Below, one piece after another: positions 1 to 12,575 of a DNA stretch of 64,000 nucleotides. The notes beneath the pieces are model-generated. The model had not been told where the DNA came from, searched no databases, and was given only the letters and a program-made list of their open reading frames with translations. Source of the stretch: Negaprion brevirostris (lineage: Eukaryota). Position 1 is the first letter of the stretch. Every line of letters begins with the position of its first letter. The DNA is taken from NCBI GenBank assembly GCA_030324005.1, contig JARDVH010000163.1, positions 47,622,954 through 47,686,953 on the forward strand. Reading direction: 5' to 3'. The translations under genes were made by a program, and so were the position numbers.

Positions 1-456
1 AATTGCAATCAATGAATCAGATCACAAAACGCCCTTCCCCCCAAATGACTGCAGATTTTTACTGTAATTGTTTAAGCATGGTCTTTTCCGTAGCAGCAAT
101 TCTAAACGTTTGTTCACACATGAGATGTTCACACATGAAAAAAATAAAATTACATTCATCAAATGCAAGAATTAAAGTAATCAGCAAAGTAATTTACCAA
201 CTGTATTAAATTACGATTTCATAAATGCTACGAAGTTACTGTTGCGAAAATGAAGACAGACTTCACTGACAGAGACACTGGCAAAGAGAAATTACATTCC
301 AAGACAATACTGGATATTGATAACGACACAGCAGAACTGAAGCTTCACAACGTCAAGAAAATCAAAACAAAAAAAATCCTATCACAGGAATAATATTGCA
401 TAGGATAATTATACAAGTAAATTCTACAGTATTTTAAGCAGCAGTCACATATATGG

Positions 457-1652
457 CTAAATTAAATGCCGGGTTGACGGCATAGGGAGTGGCTGGGGTG
501 GAGGTGGTGGGTGAGGCGGGGGTAGCAGAACTGAAGGTTTCCGGATACAGTCCCGTGACCAGTGTCCCTGGCGAGCGCGGGTGAAATAGGCACTTGTGTC
601 GCAGCCCCGGCCAGCTGATTGCCTTATCCCCAACCTGCGTCCTCCACCTCTGCCCTAACTGGTTGGCATATAATACATTATCTGTAACTTCTCGATTTTG
701 GCTTCTGGTATTGGAGCTGGCGTTCACAGTGTTGGAGGACTCTAACAAGCTTGGGTAGGTCCTGTCTTCCCTCCCACCCAAGATAAGTCATTGTAAACAT
801 TTTCTTCAGATTAGGAAGCAACCCCTATGCAAGAATATTTACAAGTGCTGACACTTCCAGCATTGTAAGATATACCCAAACAATTCACGAACACCAAGCG
901 AAACTTCTCTACATAATACATTCTTATCAGGTTCCTGCACCATGCTGTGTATCCTATGCCAATGTATGTTTAGAGTCTGGACTATAAAATGGCCTAAGAA
1001 AAAGAAGCTAAGGGAATTAAGGGTGTTCCCTAATGAATTTCCCATGACCAAAGAGAGGATCTGATCTCCCCTACCGGCCGGCGTGGGACATGGTTACACA
1101 AAGACTGACAATAAAAACAGGCTAACAAAGGGTTAAAACACTTAAGAGTCCAGCAGAATGAAATCAACCGGTCCAGGGCGCCATCAGGTGATAGAAAAGC
1201 ATATAACAGTAAAACGATCTGCATCAATTTGGAATTAGGTAATCAATCAAATCAGGATCCCAGTTTTCCAGAGACTCTCACCCTGGAAAACATGCCTATA
1301 CAGGGGGTCCAACCCCCAACCCTTATGCTGCACCCTCAGCAGACTTGACCCCTTGTTGCATACCCTGGTAATGCTTGCACAGACAACTCCCCCGGTCAAG
1401 ATGGCTCAAGGCCCAAAACCAGGCAGCCGCAGTCTCTGAGCCTTTGGTCGGTGAGGCACCATGCTTCCTTTCTGTGCAGACAATCTTGGTGGGACCTCCA
1501 AAAACCATCAAAGATCCTTGGGTACCAGCAACTGTAGGCACACTCAATCGAATCTTACTAAAAACAGCGCTGGATACCATGCATCCAATGCAAGGTCTTT
1601 AATTACTTGTGCACAAGGAGAACTCTCCACGGACAACACGGGATGACCGGAG
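457..1652 (-). mobile_element. Decayed endogenous retrovirus (class I / epsilon-like) internal fragment: leader plus internally deleted gag
   Basis: Read on the minus strand across frameshifts: MGNSLG at 1045 (Gag-like myristoylation start); an MHR-like segment VQEPDKNV/YVEKFRLVF; capsid C-terminal-like GLLPNLKKMFTMTYLGWEG..DLPKLVRVLQHCERQL; RGGGR; a degenerate zinc knuckle YFTRARQGHWSRDC (588-547); a proline-rich tail; TAG at 459-457. Confidence 0.75.
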
Positions 1653-2120
1653 NNNNNNNNNNNNNNNNNNNNNNNNNNNNNNNNNNNNNNNNNNNNNNNN
1701 NNNNNNNNNNNNNNNNNNNNNNNNNNNNNNNNNNNNNNNNNNNNNNNNNNNNNNNNNNNNNNNNNNNNNNNNNNNNNNNNNNNNNNNNNNNNNNNNNNNN
1801 NNNNNNNNNNNNNNNNNNNNNNNNNNNNNNNNNNNNNNNNNNNNNNNNNNNNNNNNNNNNNNNNNNNNNNNNNNNNNNNNNNNNNNNNNNNNNNNNNNNN
1901 NNNNNNNNNNNNNNNNNNNNNNNNNNNNNNNNNNNNNNNNNNNNNNNNNNNNNNNNNNNNNNNCTGCAACTGATAACATTTTCACAAGCTGGTACACAGA
2001 AGGCATGATTTTTAAAAAAAAAATCTGAACATTTTAGTTTCCACATCAGCGACCCCTCATATTTCTGGATAATTCACAAAGATGGATGGCTTGAAACTAT
2101 TCCATTTGTTTGCCGAGAAC

Positions 2121-2245
2121 GGGGAGAGTTTCCCCATCCTATCAGCGACAAGAATCATGGGGGGCGGGGCGGACTATGCAAAGGTCCGTTGACCTCAGGC
2201 GGAGTTTTCTGGTCCTGGGGCGAGAGTGGCTGGGAAATTCTGCCC
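2121..2245. mobile_element. ~125-bp MITE, GGGCRGAATTTT-type TIRs (PIF/Harbinger-like)
   Basis: Imperfect TIRs. Internal motif ATGCAAAGGTCCGTTGACCTCAGGC is shared with copies at 10497, 20133 and 63724. Confidence 0.6.
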
Positions 2246-3110
2246 CAAGTCTCTGCATGAGAATGTCTCTCCTATCAAGCGTAAATCAGCCATGTAACAA
2301 GTTTGATCACCTAAATTGGTCGTTAGTTTAGCTTTTAGTGCACTCAGCTTCAGCACGATGTCTTGCTTTTCAGCAATACTTTCCCTTACCATGAAACCTT
2401 TTTCAAATTGGAATTGATGTGAATAAGCTCAATATGATATTTGAATTTATTCAGTTTGTGACTTCAAACATAGACTTTATGGAGCAATTTTTTTACACAC
2501 TAGATGGAGAATACTGCTGAGGAAAGTGGTGTCTGCCAGACTTGTATATGTCCAGCTTAACGTTCAGCTGCCTGTCCATTGACAGGCTGAGCTGTCAGCC
2601 TGCCTCGATTGGTTAGTAATTGGCTTTTAGCGTTGCTGGCTTGTCATAGAACATCTGTTGATGTTGGTGAAATTTGCAGACAGACTTGCAAAATTACCGT
2701 TGCAGTTCTGTCACAGTTATTCACGTGAGATTTGCACTTATGCAGTGGCATCTGAATTATGTTTGTCTTTGGAGGGCAAAAAAAGCACAAAATTTATCCA
2801 TGTGAAATTCCCAGCTGCTGCTAAATCTGAGAGTCAACCAGTTTACCTGGTCAAAATTTAGCACCCCAGAAACTGGCCCAATTCTGCATTGCTTCTGTTG
2901 TAAAGGACAGAGTATTATGAAAATAGTTAATGACTCTTAATGTATAAATGTCATTGACAACTTAACCCTGATATACTTCCGTCAGATTTATCAACTGGAT
3001 TATAGGAAAATCATATAAATATGAAATTGCGGTGAAATGGGTTAGAATGCACTCGATAATATCAACGCAAACAACTTCACATTGATGCCTGTCTCTTTTT
3101 TTAATCTTAG

Positions 3111-3175
3111 GAGGAATTGAATAGACTGGAGAACACTCTGGATCAAGTACATGATGCAAAATATGTTGTCCAAAA
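3111..3175 (+). CDS. IQCJ: IQCJ / IQCJ-SCHIP1 coding exon 2 (EELNRLENTLDQVHDAKYVVQ[N])
   Basis: Acceptor ttttttaatcttAG, donor GTgagt, 65 nt, phase 0 to 2. Resembles human [22 protein letters not shown] (recalled). Splices in frame to 5170. Confidence 0.9.
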
Positions 3176-3904
3176 GTGAGTGCATCGGTCATTAAAATGT
3201 AAAATGTGGGAAAAATTATTTATTGGAAGTTATTAAAATCACAACAAGTTCTCCTTTCAATGTTCAGTTAGGCACTGAGTCACATGGACTGCATAAGTTT
3301 CAGGTTCACTCTTGGTTTTGAGTTTAGTGTTGCTGGCTCGGTGATCCGGCACTGTAACTTGAGAGAAAGAATGAGAGTAGATGCAGCATGGAGTGCAAGA
3401 AAGTAACAAAGAATACATTAGAAAGTCCAAGGAATTTGCAAAAAGATGACCAAGTAGGCAGACAGATTTAACTTGTATATACATAAATACTTAAAGTATT
3501 CAAAATAAAATTGGTTAGCTGGAGGCATATCATATTCTAGAGAGGAAAGTAAAATCAGTAATATATCTGTGCCAGACTTGTGGGGGTTAAATGTTATTGA
3601 TAACAATGTTCAAGGACAATGGAATAGAATGAATAGAAGACAGTGTTAATTAATAACTTGATGTCACCAAAGTATTGTCTATGTGCATGGGACAGTGCAG
3701 AAGTTGATCTGTTTGGTATGAGTACAAAGTAAATAAGGAAAGAATTATAAGTCTTCTGGGAGTTAATTATAGCTCACAAGCCAGAACAGTAAGATGGAGG
3801 AAAATACATGGGAGCTGGTTAAAGGAAATATGCAGAGATAATAGAGCTGTAAAAGTGCTTGAATTTAATCATCCAAACCATTTGCCAGAAGTATATATTT
3901 TTAA

Positions 3905-4232
3905 GTTCATTCATGGAGCTTTGCTGCTAGGCAAGCATTTATTGCCCATCCCTAATTGCCCTTGAACTGAGTGGCTTGCTAGACCATTTCAGACTCAACC
4001 ACATTGGATCTGGAGTCACATGTAGGAATGGCAGATTTCCTTCCCTAAAGGACATTACTGAACCAGATGGGTTTTTAGCGCTATTGACAGTAGTTACCAT
4101 TAGACTTTTAATTCCGTATTTTTATTGAATTCAGACTTCATAATTTACTATGTTGGGATACAAACCCAGATCCCCAGAGCATTGTCTTGCATCTCTGGAT
4201 TACTCATCCAGTGACAATACCACTATGCCACT
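3905..4232 (-). mobile_element. tRNA-derived SINE with LINE-type tail (GGGCAATTAGGGATGGGCAATAAATGC)
   Basis: Reverse complement of the same family as 4737-5068. Confidence 0.7.
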
Positions 4233-4736
4233 GCTTTTTCCAAATGTAACTGATATCTGATGGACAGATGTTTCTACAGTGGATCAGAGCAGTGGAGTTT
4301 TTGTCCGGTGAGGAAGAAGATGGGACTGGATTTAGTTTTAGCAATTGGAATGTTATGAGTAGGTAAGAGTGGGGGAACAACGAGGGAAAAGCAAAACTGA
4401 AAAAATGAGGACAGACTCCCACATAATGATACTTGACTGAAAAAGCCTAAATAGGTTTTAATAAATTTATTTTATTTTGTCCCACTACTGTCCATTTACG
4501 TTGGAAAATGGGACAGAGAGGTGGTGATAATTAAGGCCTAAGTATTCAGAGTCTGTTGAGAGGAAATAGCTACCTGAGTTCCCACTGACGATTATTAACC
4601 ATTGACTGTAACAAGAAAGTACTTAGATTGTATATCAGGTAAGATACAATTAGGTTTAGTTATGATCTTTCTCACGGACAAGTCACTTGCTTATACTATA
4701 AAGTAACAATTTGGTTGAAGCCCTGGAGGATTGCTA

Positions 4737-5068
4737 AGTGATGGCCTAGTGGTGTTATTGCTCGACTTATTAATCCAGAAACTCAACTAACATTCTCGGA
4801 CCTGGGTTTGAATCCAGCCACGGAATTTGAATTGAACAAAAACATTGGAATTAAGAATCTATTGATGACCATGAAACCATTGTTGATTATTGAAAAACCA
4901 CATGGTCCATTAGGGAAGGAAATTTGCCATCCTTATTTGCTCCAGCATACATGAGACTCCAGAGCCACAGCAATGTGATTGACTCTCAACTGCCTTTGGG
5001 CAGCTAGGAATGGGCAATAAATGCTGGACAGCCAGTGACGCCCATGTCCCACTAATGAATAAGAATAA
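4737..5068 (+). mobile_element. tRNA-derived SINE, same family as 3905-4232
   Basis: A-box-like TGGCCTAGTGG and B-box-like GGTTTGAATCC. Its 3' tail is shared with the LINE ends at about 28840, 43390 and 52690. Confidence 0.75.
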
Positions 5069-5169
5069 AGTTGTAATACTAATCTTCATTTTGAGAAGTG
5101 GAGAATTTGCTTTTGAAAAACTGCAAAACCTGCATTGTTGCTAGAAATAAATATTTAATTTTGTTCCAG

Positions 5170-5253
5170 CATCCATCAACTTCCTGTGGACTTTGGGAAT
5201 GATATTGAAAAATGTCAAATCAGCAGAAGGGTGCCAGAATCAAAAGTGAAAAT
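5170..5253 (+). CDS. IQCJ: IQCJ coding exon 3 (IHQLPVDFGNDIEKCQISRRVPESKVK[I])
   Basis: Acceptor ttttgttccAG, donor GTaagt, 84 nt, symmetric phase 2-2. Resembles human [27 protein letters not shown] (recalled). Confidence 0.88.
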
Positions 5254-6702
5254 GTAAGTATTATGATTCACTGTGATTTGTTTCACAGTTGCGTTGCAAA
5301 AGTTATAAGTCTCTCTAAATCTATTTAATAGAAAGATCTTTTGGAGCAAAACAATATTATGTTAATTTCATTAAACCAAATTCATTTAGAAAATGCATAT
5401 TACATCCTGGCAGTAACATGTCTGTGGATGTCAAAATGAATGTAATAAGCTCCATTTCTATCAGCAAGTTGACGTTAGATAAAGCTCACCAGAAGTTCCC
5501 CATGACTAGCTTTCATATGGCATGGCTAAAAGGTTATGTCAATTTTTCTTCACTATTATGTTAATAATTCATTAAGTCCGGTGGAAACATTGTGCCCTAA
5601 GTTGAACAACTTTCATTTGAGTTTATAGGAAATAAAATAATGCTGAAATAATCCTTCCCTTTCAGAAATTTTCCATGGCATTCATTTATTTATAACAATA
5701 ACCCTTTTTAATTTGTAATTTGGTGAGAAACATAAGGAGGAAGTATAGAAGGAAATTATTTTGTATCTGAAATACTTTACATTTTCCAATCAAAACTCCT
5801 GTGGGGCACATGGTGCTGGATCAGATGGCACAGGGCATCATGCACTGGGCATCCTTGACCTGCACACCCCTAACTTAATCAGGAGGAACCAGAAAGGCTC
5901 TCCACCCCACTCCTACTCTCCTGATTATATGGGCCTCCCTGCCAGTTACCCTGCTGACAGAGCAAGGTCTTCAATTCCATCCAAATTTTATGCACTTTCA
6001 TCTTCTCTATCAATTTTCAGTACTCCAATTCTGGATTCTAAAACTAATGAAAGATACATCCATCCAATTTTCTGGAATTCTCCCTCCAAACAGTTTTGCA
6101 TTTCAACTTCCCATTAAATGCTTACTTAATTTTTTCAAAAGTTCCTTTTTGGAGGGTTTTTGTCCAGCTCTTCTAACTGTCTAGTTACTTTGGTGTTCAT
6201 TAACTGCTCAATTTATTTCTCTGTAATGTACAATGGAACTTTGATCTATGTTAAAGATACTGGCCCAGATTTTGTAACCAACAACAAATTAATAGCACTA
6301 GCTATTTGTTACAACCTACACTTGCCCAAAGACCTTTTACACATGATTAGAGAGTGAAAACTGCAAGATTTCCATGAGGATCCTCTACTCAAGAAAGGAG
6401 GGAGGCAGAAAGCTCAAATTTAGGTCAGTTAGCCTAACACTGTCATTGGGAAATGTTGGATCCATTAGTAAAGAGGTAGCCACAGGACATTTAGAAAATC
6501 ATAATGCAAACCCACAGGGTAAATATGGTTTTAGGAAAGGGAAATTGTGTTTGACAAATGTCTTAAGTTCTTTGAGAATGTATCAAGCAAAGTGGATAAA
6601 GAGGAATCAGAAGATATGTAGATTTCCAAAGACATTTGATAAGGTGCCACATAAAGGTTACTGCACAAGATAAGAACTTGTGCTATTGGGGGTAATATAT
6701 TG

Positions 6703-7190
6703 TAGAATCATAGATAGAATCATAGAATCTTACAGTTCAGAAGGAGGCAATTCGGCCCATTGAGTCTGCACCGACNNNNNNNNNNNNNNNNNNNNNNNNN
6801 NNNNNNNNNNNNNNNNNNNNNNNNNNNNNNNNNNNNNNNNNNNNNNNNNNNNNNNNNNNNNNNNNNNNNNNNNNNGAATCATAGATAGAATCATAGAATC
6901 TTACAGTTCAGAAGGAGGCCATTCGGCCCATTGAGTCTGCACCGACAACAATCCCATCCAGGCCCTATCCCTATTACCCCATACATTTATACTAGCCAGA
7001 CCCCCTGACACTGAGGAGCAATTTAACATAGCCAATCCATCTAACTCGTACATCTTTGGACTGTGGGAGGAAACCCACACAGACATGGGGAGGATGTGCA
7101 GACTCCATACAGACAGTGGCTCAAGCCAGGAATCAAACCTGGATCCCTGGTGCTGTGAAGCAGCAGTGCTAACCACTATGCCACTGTGCC
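6703..7190 (-). mobile_element. HE1-type V-SINE (spans an assembly gap with duplicated flanks)
   Basis: Reverse complement of head GGCACAGTGGCATAGTGGTTAGCACTGCTGC, V-domain core and (CTATGATT)n-type tail. Confidence 0.85.
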
Positions 7191-7418
7191 GTGTGGATAG
7201 AGAACTAGTTAGCTGATAGGAAACAGCAGTCTGGATAAATGTGTCATTTTCATGTTAGAAAACTGTAACTAATGTGTGCCACAGAGTTTCAGTGCTGGGG
7301 GCCTCAACTATTTATAATCTATAATTATGACTTGGATAAAGGGGCTGAGTGTATTGTTGCCAGATTTTGTTGATGGTATAAAGGCAGATTGGGAAGCAAG
7401 TTGTGAGGAGAACACAAA

Positions 7419-7622
7419 GGCCTGGAGTTTCTGGCACAACCCTTCCACCTTCCATGGCAGGTCCTCCAGCTACTGAGGTGGTTCAGCATTGCCTGCTGGC
7501 GGGATCCTTTTGCCCTACTGAAGTCAGTGTCATTTGCCGTTCCGCTGGAAAACTCACAGCAAGAGATCGCCGTCAGCAGGACCAGAAGATCCTCTGGCAG
7601 GAAGGATTGGAAAATCCTGGCC
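7419..7622. mobile_element. ~200-bp non-autonomous TIR element inserted in CR1
   Basis: GGCCTGGAGTTTC ... GAAAATCCTGGCC termini; CR1 sequence resumes on both sides. Confidence 0.6.
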
Positions 7623-9203
7623 ACAGAGTTTGCAAATGGACATGAGTGTCTTACGTCAATGGGCAAAATTTGGCTGTTGATAAGGTGACACATTGAAGGA
7701 AAATAAAAGCTAATTGTGTAAGGTGTAAAATATTAGCATGGATAGAGGTTTGGCTGGCTGGCAAAAATGCACCTTTTTCCAATTCACAGGACGTAATGAG
7801 TGGAATCTCGCAGGAGTCTATGCTGGGACCTCAACCTTTTACAATTTGTAACAATGACTTAGATGTGTGGGTTGGTGAAGGCGTGATAGCTAAATCTGCA
7901 GATGGCGCTAAGATGGATAGCAAAGTATTTTGTAAAGAGGACATAAGGAAGTTGTAGACGTATATAGATAGATTGAGTGGGCCAACGTCTGGCAGTTGGG
8001 AGTATAATGTGGGAAAATATGAAATATCAAAGGAAATTGGATATAAAGCAGCATTTGAAAAGAAGACATTTGTTTTTGGACAGATGAGGAGAATTTTTTT
8101 TCTCTGAGGGTTGTGTGACTTTGAAATTCTCTGCCTCAGAAGGCAGTGGAGCTGGGGTCATTGAATATTTTTAAGGTGGAGGTAGATGGATTCTTGTTAG
8201 ATAAGGGAATCAAAGATTATTGGGCAGTGCTTTGCACAGTTACAGCAAAATCTCTTTGCTCTTATATTCTTAACCATCTTGTCAACCTGTCCGATTACCT
8301 TTAGGGATCTGTGGAAATCCACTCCAGGGTCGCTCTGTTTCTTTTTCAATATGCCACAATTTATTGCATATTCCTTTGCCTCATTTGTTGTCCCCAAGTG
8401 TAATAATAAATGCATTTGAATTTGATTTATCATATTGTTGTCCACTTGACCAGTCCATTGATGTATTCTCACTTTTTGCAACTTGCTTCATCACTAACCA
8501 CACAAACAATTACACACAAACAATTCTTGTGCTACCTTCTCTTTCACGCTGACTCCTTTGAAATCAAAATCAGAAATTGAGTCTGTACCCAAACACTTAC
8601 TGGAAGTAAATGTTTAAAAATTCTAGTTTAATGGGACTGGGTGACTTGCTGATTCCTGTGATAAACTTATTCTTTGAATGGATTGTATAGTGAATGGGTT
8701 TGTGGCAAACCTTTTGATACATATACTTGTAGAATCACATAGTGCAGATTCATACTATTTAGCCCAATGGTTTGTGTCACCTCTGTGAAAGAGTTCTTTC
8801 ATTGGTCCCCTGCTTTTTGCCCATTGCAGCACAAATTTCTTCTTTTCAAATGCTGCTTTATATCCAATTTCCTTTTGAAAATTCCTATTGAATCTGCTTC
8901 CTCCAATCTTTCAGGTAATGTATTCCAGATCCTAACAACTGACTGCATAAGAATACAATCTGATTTCCCCCTGGATCTTTTGCCAGTTATTTTGAAATGT
9001 TCTCTGATAATGCCTCTCTCTCCCCTGCTCGTATGAACTATTTTCCCCTATCTGTACTAAGACGTCTCATAGAAATGAATACATTTATTAGCTCTCCCCC
9101 TTAATGTCTTTATTATAATGAGAACAATCCCAACTTATAGCCTTGATACCATTTGAGTAAATCTTTGCATCCTCGCTAGGACATTGATATATCTCCATAA
9201 TTT

Positions 9204-9727
9204 GGGGCGGCATGGTGGCACAGTGGTTAGCACTGCTGCTTCACAGCTCCAGGGACCTGGGTTCGATTCCCAGCTTGGATTACTGTTTGTATGGAGTCTT
9301 CACATTCTCCTCGTATCTGCGTGGGTTTCCTCCGGGTGCTCCGGCTTCCTCCNNNNNNNNNNNNNNNNNNNNNNNNNNNNNNNNNNNNNNNNNNNNNNNN
9401 NNNNNNNNNNNNNNNNNNNNNNNNNNNNNNNNNNNNNNNNNNNNNNNNNNNNTTACTGTTTGTATGGAGTCTTCACATTCTCCTCGTATCTGCGTGGGTT
9501 TCCTCCGGGTGCTCCGGCTTCCTCCCGCAGTCCAAAGATGTGTGGATTAAGTTGATTGGCCATGTTAAAATTGCTCCTTGGTGTCCCGGGATGCGTAGGT
9601 TAGAGGGATTAGTGGGTAAAATACGTAGGGATAGGGCGGTAGGGCCTGGGTGGGATTATGGTCGGTGCAGACTCGATGGGCCGAACGGCCTCTTTCTGCA
9701 CTGTAGGGTGCTATGATTTCTATGACT
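9204..9727 (+). mobile_element. HE1-type V-SINE, near full length
   Basis: GGTGGCACAGTGGTTAGCACTG (A box), GGTTCGATTCC (B box), core TCTGCGTGGGTTTCCTCCGGGTGCTCCGG, CR1-type tail. Confidence 0.9.
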
Positions 9728-10496
9728 CTGACCAGGCATTTCTTAATGCTCAACAATCTTTCTTATTTGTACTCTGTGTCTCTATTTATGAACCCTATGG
9801 ATCCCAGACACTTTTAAAAAAAATCAGCCTTATTTATTTGTCCTGCGCCTTCCAAGATTTGTGTATGTAATCTTCTTGTCTCTGTTCCTGCATCCTCTTT
9901 AAAATTGTACTATTTAATTTATACTGCCTCTCTTTAGTTTCTTTCCAAATGCACAATTTCATTGTGTTAGCTTTTACCTGCCATGCCTTTGCCCATTGCA
10001 GCAGTCTGTGTCCTCTTGAAGTCTGCTGCTTTCATTCTTACTACCTTCCCAAATTTAGTGTCACTTGCAAACCATGAAATTATTTCCCCATGTTCAAATC
10101 CAGGTCATTGATATATAGGAACAACAATGTTGATCTTAATACCAATCCCTCAGGGACACCATTGTATACTCCTCTTCAGTCTGGTGAACAATATTTAATA
10201 CTGTCTCTTAGCCAGTCCCATATCCATACTACTGCCGCCCCACTAATCCCAGAAGCTTCAATTTTGTGGCCTTGTAAAATTCCATATTCTCAACATGAAC
10301 TGCAATGCCTTCATCGACTGTCAGTGTTAGTTTCCTGGAGAACAAAATAAAATAAGTGTCTGAAAAAAAATTACACTTGCCTGACTTGTGATTTTTAGCT
10401 TGTCTAAAATATTGGCTAGGAGATCATTACCTTGTTTTCTGACCATCAACGGTGGGTAAACCTTCTGTCAATCAGAAAATGTTACATGTGAACGAA

Positions 10497-10623
10497 GGGT
10501 CCAGTTTTCTGGTTCTGTCCACCGTAGGAATCATAGCAGGCAAGGGGCGGACCATGGAAAGGTCCACTGACCTCAGCTAGGATTTTCCGGTTTCAGGGAG
10601 AGCATGGCTGGAAAATGCCACCT
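10497..10623. mobile_element. ~125-bp MITE
   Basis: Same family as 2121-2245; possible GAA/GAA TSD. Confidence 0.6.
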
Positions 10624-12334
10624 GAAATCTCCATAAGACATCGGAGCAGAGATAGAATGGCTCCACCATTCGATTAGATCATGACTGATATATGATGATT
10701 CTCAACTCAACTTTGCCACCTTATCCCCATTACCCTTGATTCACTTACTGATTAAAAATCTGCCTATCACAGCCCTGAACATACTTATGAACTTGCTTTA
10801 CAGCCCTCTGCAGGGAAGAATTCCACAGATTCAATACCCTTTGAGAGAAAAAAATCCTCTTCATTTCTGTCATAAATGGGTGACTCCTTATTCTGAAATT
10901 ATGTCCTTTAGTTCTAGACTCTCCCACGTGGGGAAGAAACGTCTTAGCATATACAGTGTCAAGCCCCCAAAAATCATATGTGCCTCAATATGGTCAGCTT
11001 TCATTCTTCTAAACTCCAATCAGCACAGGCCCAACCTAATTAACCTCCCCTCATAAGAAAATCCCTNNNNNNNNNNNNNNNNNNNNNNNNNNNNNNNNNN
11101 NNNNNNNNNNNNNNNNNNNNNNNNNNNNNNNNNNNNNNNNNNNNNNNNNNNNNNNNNNNNNNNNNNNNNNNNNNNNNNNNNNNNNNNNNNNNNNNNNNNN
11201 NNNNNNNNNNNNNNNNNNNNNNNNNNNNNNNNNNNNNNNNNNNNNNNNNNNNNNNNNNNNNNNNNNNNNNNNNNNNNNNNNNNNNNNNNNNNNNNNNNNN
11301 NNNNNNNNNNNNNNNNNNNNNNNNNNNNNNNNNNNNNNNNNNNNNNNNNNNNNNNNNNNNNNNNNNNNNNNNNNNNNNNNNNNNNNNNNNNNNNNNNNNN
11401 NNNNNNNNNNNNNNNNNNNNNNNNNNNNNNNNNNNNNNNNNNNNNNNNNNNNNNNNNNNNNNNNNNNNNNNNNNNNNNNNNNNNNNNNNNNNNNNNNNNN
11501 NNNNNNNNNNNNNNNNNNNNNNNNNNNNNNNNNNNNNNNNNNNNNNNNNNNNNNNNTGATCTTATTGAATGGCGGGGCAGGCTCGAGGGGCTGGATGGCC
11601 TACTCCTGCTCCTATTTCTTATGTTCTTAAATGCTTTTCTTATCCCAACTCTCTGTATTCTATCAGTTATCCAATCCTCTATCTATGCTAATGTACTACC
11701 CCCAACACCATTGGGTCTTACCTTCTTAAGTAGCCTTTTTTGTGGTACCTTATCAAATGCTTTTGGAAATCCATGTACATTACATCTACTGGTTTCCCTT
11801 TATCTATCCTGCTTATTACCACCTCAAAGCATTCTAATAAATTGATGATGCATGATTTCCCCCTCATGAATCCATACTGACTCTGCTTGATTATATTATT
11901 ATTTCTAAATGCTCTGCTATTAAGTTCTTTATAATGGACTCTAACAATTTCCCAGTGACAGATGTTAAGCTAACTGGTTGATAGTTACCTATTTTTTGTC
12001 TCACTCCTTTTTTGAATACTGGTGTTAGTTGGCAATTTTCCAATCTTCTGGGATTTTTCCAGAATTTAAGGAAGATTGAAAGATTACTGCCAGTGCGTTT
12101 ACTTTTCCTTGCAACCCATCATGTCCTGTTATCCCAGCTGAACTTAGGTGAGGTCTAAAGGTGTGTGTACTTCTGGGGGGTTGGGGGGACAGGAGGGTTG
12201 AGGGCAGGGGAAAGGGTGATTGGGAATCCAGCACCTTCATACTGTGTGGTTCTGTACCACACAAAAATATGCATTTAGACACTGAACAATTGGGAGAACT
12301 TAAATACAGAGCGAAGATGCTGAAGGGAATTGAA

Positions 12335-12575
12335 ATTATAGAAACCCTGTAGCGCAGAAGGAGGCCTTCGGCTCATCAAGCCTGCACCAATAACAATCCC
12401 ACCCTTGTCCCTATCCCCATAATCCAACATCTTTACCCTGCTAATACCTCTAATGTAGGCATCCGAGGACATGGCCGATCAACCTAACCCGCACATCTTT
12501 GGACTGTGGGAGGAAACTGGAGCACCCAGAGGAAACCCACGCAGACACTGGGAGAATGTGCAAACTCCACACAGA
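12335..12575 (-). mobile_element. HE1-type V-SINE (truncated by gap)
   Basis: CATCTTTGGACTGTGGGAGGAAACTGGAGCACCCAGAGGAAACCCACGCAGAC core. Confidence 0.85.

Larger units (their letters stand above)
6380..8225 (+). mobile_element. CR1 LINE RT and 3' fragments, interrupted by a SINE and a MITE
   Basis: YGFRKGKLCLTN and FPKTFDKVPHK in ORF 6374..6673; GVPQGSVLGP-like and FADD-like remnants; CR1 3' region at 8080-8220. Confidence 0.8.
8230..12150 (-). mobile_element. Cluster of decayed CR1 LINE fragments (mostly minus strand)
   Basis: Minus-strand ESRTKGHNFRIR..RIFFSQRVLNLWNSSLQRAV (10745-10927) and SGKIPEDWKIAN (about 12030). Confidence 0.75.

Noticed and set aside
1-430. Possible pol continuation of the ERV
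   Set aside because: Stops follow immediately after gag, and I found no protease or RT motifs; probably non-coding internal sequence.
6703-6945. Direct duplications either side of 100-N gaps (also 9280-9525, 18988-19115, 58934-59114)
   Set aside because: Pattern of unmerged contig overlaps at scaffold gaps, not real tandem duplication.
9204-9275. tRNA-like A and B boxes
   Set aside because: They are SINE heads followed by the V-domain and LINE tail, not tRNA genes.
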